DNA from: Sphyrna mokarran
Lineage: Eukaryota
Length of the DNA: 64,000 bases
Assembly: GCA_024679065.1 (NCBI GenBank)
Contig: JAGIQG010000048.1
Coordinates: forward strand, 124,001 to 188,000
Direction: 5' to 3'
Shown: positions 1-10,669 of the stretch, in pieces
Position numbering within the stretch: the first letter of the stretch is position 1
How the letters are laid out: each line of letters opens with the position of its first letter
The notes under the pieces: model-generated
What the model was told of the DNA's origin: nothing
The model's input: only the letters and a program-made list of their open reading frames with translations
Databases searched by the model: none
Made by a program: the position numbers and the translations under genes

Positions 1-402
1 TAAAGCCTAATTAAACTCACCCTGAGGAGCCAGTGCCTGTGGGATCCAGCCCCTGGTTGTATGTCTGCTGTGTTTCATTCACGTGATATGGCTGACTGCT
101 CCATTCCCTGTCTATACCTGTCTCTCCTTGCTTCTGTGTATCAGCCTCAGTCTATTTCACTCTCTCTGTGCCTAGATCTCCTTTCCCAATTTTCCTCTTA
201 TTTCCCTCTAAGCTCTCACTGTCTGTGTAACCAAGGTTCACTGGATTGATTACTGTGCGAGGCAGTTACCCTCGGAAAAGGGATTTAATACCATGACACG
301 GTTCTCTCTGGGGTTTGGAATAATGAGATGGGATCTCATTGAAAAGTCTGGAACTACGAGGGAGAGTTTGGCAGTGTGCAAGCTGAGAGATTGTATATGC
401 TC

Positions 403-745
403 CTGATTCTGTGTGTACCCTTGTATCTGTGTACACTCCAGTTTCACTGTTTGTATACCCCTGATTCTGTGTACCTTTGTATCTGTGTACACTCCAGTTT
501 CACTGTTTGTATACCCCTGATTCTGTGTACCTTTGTACCTGTGTACGCTCCAGTTTCACTGTTTGTATACCCCGGATTCTGTGTACCTTTGTACCTGTAT
601 ATGCCCCAGTTTCACTGTTTGTATACCCCTGATTCTGTGTACCTTTGTACCTGTGTACACTCCAGTTTCACTGTTTGTATACCCCTGATTCTGTGTACCT
701 TTGTATCTGTATGTGCCCCAGTTTCACTGTCTGTATACCGCGATT
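403..745. repeat. 56-bp minisatellite, ~6 copies
   Basis: Unit CTGATTCTGTGTACCTTTGTATCTGTGTACACTCCAGTTTCACTGTTTGTATACCCC recurs (starts at 461 and 517 are 56 apart); explains the repetitive ORFs at 250-827. Confidence 0.9.
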
Positions 746-879
746 CTGCGTGTGCCCTTCTAACTTTGTAATTTCCAGTATCTGTGTGTGTGCTCGCCTG
801 AATCTTTGTGTGCCCCTGCATTGACATGTAGCCCTGAATCAGTATATGCCCCCTGTAGCTCTGTATACCCCTGTACCTG

Positions 880-2150
880 TGTGTGTGTGTGTGTGCTTAT
901 GTATTTGTGTGTGTCCGCTATCTCTGAGTGCTCCAGGACCTGTGTGTNNNNNNNNNNNNNNNNNNNNNNNNNNNNNNNNNNNNNNNNNNNNNNNNNNNNN
1001 NNNNNNNNNNNNNNNNNNNNNNNNNNNNNNNNNNNNNNNNNNNNNNNNNNNNNNNNNNNNNNNNNNNNNNNNNNNNNNNNNNNNNNNNNNNNNNNNNNNN
1101 NNNNNNNNNNNNNNNNNNNNNNNNNNNNNNNNNNNNNNNNNNNNNNNNNNNNNNNNNNNNNNNNNNNNNNNNNNNNNNNNNNNNNNNNNNNNNNNNNNNN
1201 NNNNNNNNNNNNNNNNNNNNNNNNNNNNNNNNNNNNNNNNNNNNNNNNNNNNNNNNNNNNNNNNNNNNNNNNNNNNNNNNNNNNNNNNNNNNNNNNNNNN
1301 NNNNNNNNNNNNNNNNNNNNNNNNNNNNNNNNNNNNNNNNNNNNNNNNNNNNNNNNNNNNNNNNNNNNNNNNNNNNNNNNNNNNNNNNNNNNNNGGTGTG
1401 GGGGGGTGTGTTTATGTGGTGTGNNNNNNNNNNNNNNNNNNNNNNNNNNNNNNNNNNNNNNNNNNNNNNNNNNNNNNNNNNNNNNNNNNNNNNNNNNNNN
1501 NNNNNNNNNNNNNNNNNNNNNNNNNNNNNNNNNNNNNNNNNNNNNNNNNNNNNNNNNNNNNNNNNNNNNNNNNNNNNNNNNNNNNNNNNNNNNNNNNNNN
1601 NNNNNNNNNNNNNNNNNNNNNNNNNNNNNNNNNNNNNNNNNNNNNNNNNNNNNNNNNNNNNNNNNNNNNNNNNNNNNNNNNNNNNNNNNNNNNNNNNNNN
1701 NNNNNNNNNNNNNNNNNNNNNNNNNNNNNNNNNNNNNNNNNNNNNNNNNNNNNNNNNNNNNNNNNNNNNNNNNNNNNNNNNNNNNNNNNNNNNNNNNNNN
1801 NNNNNNNNNNNNNNNNNNNNNNNNNNNNNNNNNNNNNNNNNNNNNNNNNNNNNNNNNNNNNNNNNNNNNNNNNNNNNNNNNNNNNNNNNNNNNNNNNNNN
1901 NNNNNNNNNNNNNNNNNNNNNNNNNNNNNNNNNNNNNNNNNNNNNNNNNNNNNNNNNNNNNNNNNNNNNNNNNNNNNNNNNNNNNNNNNNNNNNNNNNNN
2001 NNNNNNNNNNNNNNNNNNNNNNNNNNNNNNNNNNNNNNNNNNNNNNNNNNNNNNNNNNNNNNNNNNNNNNNNNNNNNNNNNNNNNNNNNNNNNNNNNNNN
2101 NNNNNNNNNNNNNNNNNNNNNNNNNNNNGGTGTGGGTGTGTGTTTATGTG

Positions 2151-2182
<32 letters not shown>

Positions 2183-2215
2183 TGTGGGTGTGTGTGTTTA
2201 TATGTGTGTGTGATG
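880..2215. repeat. TG-rich simple repeat, mostly N (948-1395, 1424-2128)
   Basis: (TG)n/GGTGTG flanks on both sides of the N runs. Confidence 0.8.
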
Positions 2216-2567
2216 TGTCCCTTGTAAGAGAAGTCCTTGAAAGCGTCTGACAAACGAAGTACAGAGGACAGAAAAGTTTCCCCACTAATATTCTGAAGCT
2301 GATGAACATTTGAGAACTGCATGGAATGTACAATTTGCAGTCTGAAATAATCCCAACTGCAATCTCCAGACAATATCCCCCTGTGGGGAATGAAGAACAC
2401 GATTTATGTGCGGTGTCTGGTTATAAAACAAAGGGCGAATTCCTCCTCCTCCTCCTGGAAACTCCAATCCCGGACAATATCGTTCAATATTCCCATTTTA
2501 GCCCCAGGTTTTGCAGATGTTCCCAGCGAGTGACTGACCTTCTCTGAGACCCCCGAACAGCAGCGCC

Positions 2568-2602
2568 TGCAGTTACAGTGGGCCGCCACCAGATGGTGGT
2601 GC
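2568..2602 (+). promoter_or_regulatory. candidate CTCF site (upstream TGCAG motif plus core)
   Basis: TGCAG-N13-CCACCAGATGGTGG resembles the CTCF core CCASYAGRKGGCRS with an upstream module; motif match only. Confidence 0.45.
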
Positions 2603-3084
2603 TGTACCAGTCTAATCACAAGATAGTGAAGCAGGTTTGAGGAGAGATTTGGGGGAAATTTTATTTCCCTCTTTCCCCAGAAAGCAAACAATTGGTAAAG
2701 CAACTGCATTAATCTCTCTGTCAGTAATATTCACAGGGAAAATGTACTTGCATTCATATTCCTCTTCCCACGAGTAAATATGTCGATTGCCAACTAATTA
2801 TTTTATAAGCTTACCTTGTATTGTTTGAAAGATTTCTCTATTTTCTCATCCAGATTTATTAAATAATTGTTCAGTATAATGGGACACAAATCTCGTTTAC
2901 GCTGAATTTTCCATTTTTTTTTAAACCCACATCTTTTTCCTCAGTCCCTCCAGAAATCCAGCTGAACCCAGTCTCTCTGTTATGTTCTCTGTACATTTAA
3001 ATACAGCTCCTTCTTATAATTTGTGACTTCAGCGCATTTCCAGCCCCTAACTCACTCTGATCTATAAAACACACACTGCAAATT

Positions 3085-3430
3085 GCTTGACGTGGACCAT
3101 TTGATGGGCAACACGACAGCTCAGTGACTATCGCTGTGCTGTGCAGATACATGGATTTGGGGCCTGTGTCTGTGGGAGTTTGCACATTCTCCCCGTGCTT
3201 GTGTGGGTTTTCTCCGGGTGCTCCGGTTTCCTCCCACATCCCAAAGATGTGCTCTTAGGCTAATTGGCAAAACAAATTCCCCCTAAATTGTCTCAAATTT
3301 GGTTTTTAATCCATAGATCTATAAACATGGACAGGGATCACGGGTAGAGGTGAGAACATCGGGGTGACAGCGCGGGCTCGTTGGGCCGAAGGGCCTGTTT
3401 CCCGTGCTGTTTTGTTCTTTGTTTGTTCTA
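3085..3430 (+). mobile_element. V-SINE (HE1-like) derivative, 5'-truncated
   Basis: V-domain GGAGTTTGCACATTCTCCCCGTG..CCGGGTGCTCCGGTTTCCTCCCACA, CR1-type tail GGGCCGAAGGGCCTGTTTCC and (TTCTTTG)n end. Confidence 0.85.
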
Positions 3431-3665
3431 ATACTTTGACAGAGAGACTTGCCTCTGGTGGAAATAGATCTGAGATGAAAATAATGAAATATAAAATCAA
3501 GCAAATTAGGTTAAACATCAAACATATTGGAAATACTGGGACATCCCATCCTATCAGAAATATTGGGTTCACACTAAGTGACATGAATTGATGTGATCAC
3601 AGATATAGAATTGGAATCCACCATCACACCGAGTGAATCCGCTGGCTGGTTAAATAGAACAACCA

Positions 3666-4010
3666 CAAAGAACAAAGAACAAAACAGCACGGGAAACAGG
3701 CCCTTCGGCCCAACGAGCCCGCGCCGCCACCCCAATGTTCCCATCTCTACCTGCGATCCCTGTCCATGTTTATAGATCTATGGATTAAAAACCAAATTTG
3801 AGACAATTTAGGGAGAATGTTTTGCCAATTAGCCTAAGAGCACATCTTTGGGATGTGGGAGGAAACCGGAGCACCCGGAGAAAACCCACGCTAGCACGGG
3901 GAGAATGCGCAAACTCCCACAGACACAGGCCCAAATCCATGTATCTGCACAGCACAGCGATAGTTACTGCGCTGTCGTGTTGCCCATCAAATGGTCCAGG
4001 GTCAAGCATA
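3666..4010 (-). mobile_element. V-SINE (HE1-like) derivative, 5'-truncated, inverted relative to the 3085 copy
   Basis: Reverse complement of the same family sequence. Confidence 0.85.
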
Positions 4011-4356
4011 CAATGTGGGTGGAAGGAGCACTGAGCACACGTTAGAGAGATGTGTATTGTCTCCAGACAGCGCAGTAAGTGAGGTTTTTTTGCTAACCCA
4101 GGCAAGTCATTGGGGGATTACAGATAGTGTGACATGAAGCCAAGACTCACATTGTTAGCCACTTTAAGACTTGAATAGCAGGTTAGATGTAAAGATTCAC
4201 ATTCTAATCGGCAATCTGTAAACTGTCTGTGCTGTTATATGCTCTGTCTGAGGCCAGAACTCTCCATTCACCTGACGGAAGGGCAAACCCTGAAAGTTTC
4301 TGAGTTTACTATCAAATAAATCAGTTGGACTTTAACCTGGTGTTGTCAGACTTGTT
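4011..4356 (+). mobile_element. Penelope-like element 3' remnant with 5' inversion
   Basis: 4146-4325 is collinear with 35095-35272, while 4011-4145 is the reverse complement of 34972-35105; ends CACCTGACGGAAGGGCAAACCCTGAAAG..AAATAAA..GTTGGACTTTAACCTGGTGTTGT. Confidence 0.7.
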
Positions 4357-4529
4357 TCAAAACCATCCAGGGGGTGGTGTATTCACTGGTTTTTCTCTCC
4401 ATCTACTTTCATTGCCTCTCCTTTGTTAAAACTGTCTCTGAATCCTTGGGCAACATTAAAAAGAACATATCATGTGTTTTTCCCTCCACTGTTAGCCGTC
4501 ATTAGTTTATTGAACATTTATCTTTAACA

Positions 4530-5035
4530 TATTCGCCTCATTATAGGAAGGATGTAGAGGCTATTGAGAGAGTTCAGAGGAGATTTACAAGGATGCTGCC
4601 TGGATTGGGAGGCAGGCCTGATGAAGATAGGTTGAGGGAGCTGGGACTCTTCTCACTGGAGAGATGTAGGTTGAGAGGCGACATGATAGAGGTTTATAAA
4701 ATGTTGAGAGGAATAGATAGGGTGGACTCTCAGAGACTATTTCCCCGAGCTGAAATGGTCACTACGAGAGGACACAGATTTAAGGTGCAGGGAAGCAAAT
4801 ACAGAGGGGATGTTAGGGGTAGGTTTTTCACTCAGAGGGTGGTGAGTGAATGGAATCGGCTGCCATCGGTGGTGGTAGAGGCGAACTTGCTGAGGTCTTT
4901 TAAAAGACTTCTGGATGAGTATATGGGAACGAATGGGATAGGGTCTTATAGATAGGTCTGTGGATTGGTAGAGGTATAGATGTGACCGGCACATCGTGGG
5001 CCGAAGGGCCTGTTTGTGCTGTAGTGTTCTATATT
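4530..5035 (+). mobile_element. CR1/HER1 LINE 3' fragment (RT C-terminus and 3'UTR)
   Basis: [40 protein letters not shown] is the CR1 ORF2 C-terminus. Confidence 0.92.
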
Positions 5036-5325
5036 ATTTGTTAAAAGTTATGTATTTTAAATATTATTATGCCCAATAACTGAAGTTGAAAATTTAACCC
5101 AATTTTGACGAGGGATAAAGTTAAGGTTTATCACATTCAGTAAGGTTTCCATTTTCCCGCAGATGGAACAGGAATCTGTCTGTCCCAACCTGAAATGTAT
5201 TCAATTAAATAAATACACAACAAGGCGGCAAAAATCAGTGCAATGATGATGGAGTTAAACTTGCTCCCGAAAGCTGTTTTGTTTCTAATTGCCAAGACCT
5301 GAGATTGAGACCAGATTATTCACAA

Positions 5326-5510
5326 TTCAGTCCTTTGAGAGAGAGAGAATGTCTGCCGCGTTTTACAAGGAAATTTCAGTCCTTTGAGAGAGAGAATGTC
5401 TGCCGCGTTTTACACGGAAATTTCAGTCCTTTGAGAGGGAGAGAATGTCTGCCGCGTTTTACAAGGAAATTTCAGTCCTTTGAGAGAGAGAATGTCTGCC
5501 GCGTTTTACA
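5326..5510. repeat. 47/49-bp minisatellite, 4 copies (96-bp dimer)
   Basis: TTCAGTCCTTTGAGAGAGAGAATGTCTGCCGCGTTTTACAAGGAAAT starts at 5326, 5375, 5422 and 5471. Confidence 0.92.
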
Positions 5511-6198
5511 ACAAAAGATTCACAGCATCAGCAATGATGAGATTGGTGGGTTTTGGAAATTGAAAGTTACGCGCAAACAGCTTGTGGGACTATTTCATTT
5601 CTCGTTCCCATCTCGTGTTTTATGTTCTGTATTTATAAAACAATCATTAGATGGTGCAAATTCTCAGCAGATTTGGCAGAATCTAGAATGAAATTCTAAA
5701 CATTTCCATGTGTTCCTGAAGGATACTGATTATTGTATTAAAAAAGACTGACAAAACCTTTTCAAAACTGTCGTCCCATCTCTCAGTGTTATTGAATATT
5801 AAGGGATCACATTATTTTCGCAGCCGTGTGGAATTTACATTTCCCCAATGCTTGAATAATATTCGGCAACTGTAGTCATGAAGGAAGAGGTAACATTGGG
5901 GACAAATTTTACTTTCTGAATCTTATGTTAGATTGACGACTCTGCCACCTGGATTAGATTTTCAACAGAAATATAATTCGACAAAACAAGGATTTAAATT
6001 GCAATCAGACTGCACGGTTTGATGATCTAGGCCGGTTATATTGGTCATGAGCAGAGTTTCTGGATTGACGATCTGACCATAATATCACCAGGCCATCCTC
6101 TTTCCTCGTTATAAGTGGATATGTTGACAGAATTTGGTGTCTTTGTACAAGGAAAGTAGAAAGATGGCATTGAGGTCCAGGAAGGGAAATGGGCATTT

Positions 6199-6684
6199 TG
6201 ATATTGATGTACTTGTTTTTATCCTACAGGTGCTTTGGTCCACCTTGTTGTCTACCAAGGGACATACACGCAATGGGTCGTGAGAGGGCTGCTGTTGGAG
6301 TTTTTTCGAGAGTATCCTAGTGCTTCACGTCGTTAGTGTACGCTTGACGTGGACCATTTGATGGGCAACACGACAGCTCAGTGACTATCGCTGTGCTGTG
6401 CAAATACATGGATTTGGGCCTGTGTCTGTGGGAGTTTGCGCATTCTCCCCATGCTTGCGTGGGTTTTCTCCGGGTGCTCCGGTTTCCTCCCACATCCCAA
6501 AGATGTGCTTTTAGGCTGTTTGGCAAAACAAGTTCTCCCTAAATTGTCTCAAATTTGGTTTTAATCCATAGATCTATAAACATGGACAGGGATCGCGGAT
6601 AGAGGTGGGAACATCGGGGTGGCGGTGCGGGCTCGTTAGGGGGAAGGACCTGTTTCCCGTGCTGTTTTGTTCTTTGTTCTTTGA
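6199..6684 (+). mobile_element. longest copy of the 5'-extended V-SINE derivative
   Basis: ~165-nt 5' extension, degenerate A-box head, V-domain, CR1 tail; same 5' start as the 46828 copy. Confidence 0.85.
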
Positions 6685-7659
6685 TCTTTATTGCCAACTG
6701 ATTGTTGTATTAGAATAAAAATGCTAATTTACAGGGTTTTGTTGTGTGAAATATTGGGTGTGTTTTTGAGATCCGCAATGCTCTTCTTTGGAAAAAAAGG
6801 CTCCCCTTTCATGAGAGATGGTCCAATTGGTAGCTTCCTGAATTCTGATGAGTGAATTCTCCTGGAATGAGAGACTGTATCAATCTGTCTGAAATTGCCT
6901 GGAGTTTAGGAGACGGAGGGGCAATTTTACTGAAACCTGCAGAATATTGAGAGATTGTTTCCCACTGAGGATATATATCAAAGAACTGACACACATCCAG
7001 ACTAGACAGTAATTCTGAACATTAACTGCATATTTGTAATAAGTACATATTGTACCATGTAATGTGTTCGATATAAATATTCATTAAATAATTATTGTTG
7101 GCAGCACCTGACAACAGCAGCATTAGAGAGATATTTTTATTGTTGCCTAGATTCACAATCCGGAACTGCGCGGGAATGTGTGGATATGTGGAAAATTAAA
7201 GTACAACCTCTGCCCCTGGATGGTCCTGAGACACCAACCATTTGTGGTTAAGAGTGGAACGCAGTAATGAATTCCCCCACTCAGACTAAGGGATAATATA
7301 TTAGGGCGTCAGTAAGTGTTGGGTGTATCCAAACCTAATTCTCTTTCCGTAAAACATAGTCTAGAACTACAATATGACCACAATATCGTTCTCAATACTA
7401 TACAAGCCCCCTTGATGTTTCTCTCCCTACAGTATTGCTGCCATTTAGTGGTTACTCGCTTCTCCTAACATGGGAAAGGGCCACTTGATCGAGTAGATAG
7501 AGACAAACTGACAAGGGTCGGTAACCAAAGGATTGGGATTGAAGGAAGATCGACTTGTATTTGTGTAGCGCCTTTCCCAGTTGCTGAACGCGCTTTGCAA
7601 CAAAAGAAAGACAGTTAGAATAGAAAAAAAAGTATCCATTAAACAAGGAAACGGGGAGA

Positions 7660-7732
7660 GGGGGGCACTCGGATTTGAACTGAGGACCTCTTAAAACTGC
7701 AGTCAAATGCTCTACCGCTGAGCTACACCCCT
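7660..7732 (-). pseudogene. tRNA-Cys(GCA) pseudogene
   Basis: AGGGGTGTAGCTCAGCGGTAGAGCATTTGACTGCAGTTTTAAGAGGTCCTCAGTTCAAATCCGAGTGCCCCCC; A and B boxes present, but A1:C72 mismatch, disrupted anticodon 3' stem and an internal TTTT Pol III terminator. Confidence 0.85.
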
Positions 7733-9367
7733 TCCGATATTAACTGGAGGTGGGGATCCAGCATGGTTTTATTAAGGGGGAATCGCGGTCAGATTGCATC
7801 CCTCTTTGCCTCAACAAAGAACAGCACAGGAAACAGGCCCTTCGGCCCTACAAGCCCGTACCGCCCATTTTAACACTCAGTGAGGGCCTCATTTCAATCC
7901 TTCTTCTACCTACAGACTTTTGTCTACACCTCTTGGACACCACAATAAATTTATAAGTGCGCCAGTTACTGGAGAGCTTAGTGTTTAAGTTAGTGAGATG
8001 TTTTCTTGTGATTTGGCTGAGATTTGGATGCAGGCCTAGGAGATATTTGTGTCAATGTAATCGATAAAATCTACCCCATTGTCCCTACATCCCCATCTCT
8101 ATTGGCAACATTTTGAAGTGTGGGCTCGTTGGGCCGAAGGGCCTGTTTCCCGTGCTGTGTTGTTCTTTGTAATCAGTTCATGACTGATCTCTCCCAGGTC
8201 TCAAATCCATCTCCCCACCTGTTCCAATATCCCCTCATCCCTCTTACTCTCAGGAATATATACGTCTCCTTCTTCAAAAATCATTTAATGATTGAAACTC
8301 CACAGCGCTATGGGGCAATGCATTCTACAAATTCACCATCCTCTGTGAGAAGCAGAGATGCTTTAAATCTCTGATTTAAATCTACCATCTCCTCAAGCTA
8401 TACATTTGATATGCAACTCTTGATTGTGCATACGAAAAAATTGTCTACATTTACACTTTTCAATTTTGTTTACTGCAATCACTTCCAGCATCTTGTGGGA
8501 ATATTCCTCCTCGCTGTTGATGGGCTGAGTATCCTCCTTCTGGACTGTAGGGATTCTATGAGCTGAGGCGGAATTCCTTCACACGGGGGTAGGGGGGAGG
8601 AGGGGGTGGTGCTGAATCTGTGGAACTCATCGCCGCAGAGGCCTGTGGGGGAATCAGGTCACTGGGTGTCTTTCAGACAGAGTTAAATAGGTTCTTGGTC
8701 AAGAAAGTGATCTTGGGTTATGTAGAGAGGGCAGGAAAATAGGAATGAGAAACCCATCACGATTGAATGGTGGAGTGTAATTGATTTTAAACTAATATGA
8801 GGCGGGAATGATCGGTATGAAATCGATAATTGATTAGTTTTTGACTATAATTGATTAGTTTTTGATTGTAGATGTTAGATTGTAGATGTTAGATGTTATG
8901 ACTGCCTTGGAAGTATTCAATCGGAGGATATATTGAGAAATTCTGTTAACCCCCGCTGCAGCGACACTGCTGGTGTTTTACTGGGGCAGTGTGAAGGAAA
9001 TTATCTTCTGCCGCACACTCTCCTGCATCGGCCTCTGAGGAAGCAGAGCCTTTTGCTGTTTAGAATTACCTGAAACTCTGTCAGTGACAGACCAGTTTAT
9101 GAGTGAAATGACTGAGGTTCTCCTCCTTCTTAATTCATTCCGTCCCTGGATTTTCTTATTAAAAAGGCAGAGATGAAGGTGTCTTTACACAGATGGGTCA
9201 CTGGACGGCGCAGTGGCTAAAGGGTTTTGAGTTCAACCACATCCCACACATAACTGGGGGGAATATTCCTGTCTGGGAAAGGGGGCAAAAACCATATAAT
9301 AGGGAAATGGAACGGTGTGGATGGGTTTAGCAGAACGGAATTAAGGCAAACCAGAGATAGTTAAATT

Positions 9368-9384
9368 TTTATTTAAAATTTATT
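9368..9384 (-). terminator. candidate poly(A) signals for membrane IgM mRNA
   Basis: Two AATAAA on the minus strand (9368-9373, 9379-9384), ~450 nt after the TM2 stop. Confidence 0.5.
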
Positions 9385-9829
9385 TAAAAATTAAGAGAAT
9401 ATTTTACAGCGAAAGTATTTTTTTTAAAGTTAGAAAAATGAACAGAGCGATCGTGCTTCACACTAAGAACAGAACACGTCCAGGGAATCCATCAATATTT
9501 GTACATCTGTTACATACACCAGAAAGAGAAAACAGGACCGTAATAGAAAGAGGAATTAACAAACATGAATAAGGAATGAGAAAAGTTTCTTATTTATACA
9601 TGATCTTTAAACTAGAGGGAAACTATTAACCACAATTACATTATAACAAAAAAAAACTGGTATATTTCACATTGAAAACTGAAATAAGCTCTATGATTGC
9701 CTCAGATTCAGAATGATAAACTGAGAGAATTTTACTGATAGATTCACCAAGAGCAGATATTGTATATGAGCCGTACAGAGGTGTTGATCATCAGCTGAGG
9801 GAAATCTGCAGTTTCCAAAATTCAACCCA

Positions 9830-9838
9830 TCATTTGAT
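9830..9838 (-). CDS. IGHM: IgM TM2 exon, coding part (IK-stop)
   Basis: TTTTACAG|ATC AAA TGA; completes a cytoplasmic tail KIK. Confidence 0.88.
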   Translation of the reverse strand: MK

Positions 9839-9978
9839 CTGTAAAATAAAGAGACAATAATGAAGCAGATGTTTGTGATGTGGGACATTAATGTTACAGT
9901 TTTTAATTAGTGAAACATTGAGAGATCTGTCAAATCCATTCTGCCAGTTTGAAATGTGAGTGAACTGAACCATCTCAC

Positions 9979-10106
9979 CTTCACCAGAGTGACTGCGGTG
10001 CTGTAGAAAATGCTCAGGAAGAACAGGACGATGAATGTGGAAGCGGTTGTCCAGATGTTGCTGTTATCGTCCTCATTGTCTTCAATCCAGGTGCGGTCGG
10101 TGGGGT
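9979..10106 (-). CDS. IGHM: IgM TM1 exon
   Basis: CTAG|..DPTDRTWIEDNEDDNSNIWTTASTFIVLFFLSIFYSTAVTLVK|GTGAGA; conserved antigen-receptor TM motif; missed by the ORF track. Confidence 0.96.
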
Positions 10107-10669
10107 CTAGGGGACGGAGACCAGAAATTGAAATTAGATTACTCTATTTATCCCGGGAATGTTATTGTTATTTTTCTGTTCCCTGTTCTCCTTCATAAAC
10201 CGTTCATTCGGTCTCTTGTATAGTTTTCAATGTATGTTTACCATTAAGTTCAGGACACTGAGTAACCGATCTCTGTAAATATTTTCATGCCTGATCCTTA
10301 TGTACATTCCTTGGACTGTTTGTGTCAGGAAGCGCTGAAGATGTTCCCTTGAGAATCAGTTCATTTTGAACTATTTGCCAGTATCCCTTATTGAAGAATG
10401 TTATGATTGATATGGAGAAACTGATGATTGTTCTCACAGACGGTGTCAGATCTGTAACTGTGCATGCTGCTGTTTAAGAGTTGGGATATAATTTCCGATC
10501 TTTGTTTATTTACGGTGGGTTTGTTTAGTAAATCATGAGCTCAATTCAGTTTCTCAACGTGTTTGGCGGTGCGTTGTGCATCAGGATAGTTGTGGGTGGA
10601 TATGACCATTAAAATTCACATTTAAATGTTACTTTCATCATTTGCCTGCCGCTTGTATTTAAGATTGTT

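Noticed and set aside
403-745. Regular repeats resembling a CRISPR array (also 5326-5510)
   Set aside because: Head-to-tail units with no unique spacers, in a vertebrate context
760-2400. Long ORFs of 440-546 aa
   Set aside because: Artefacts of N runs and TG repeats
3798-4034. Recurrent ORF LRAHLWDVGGNRSTRRKPT found in several places
   Set aside because: Antisense translation of the SINE V-domain, not a protein family
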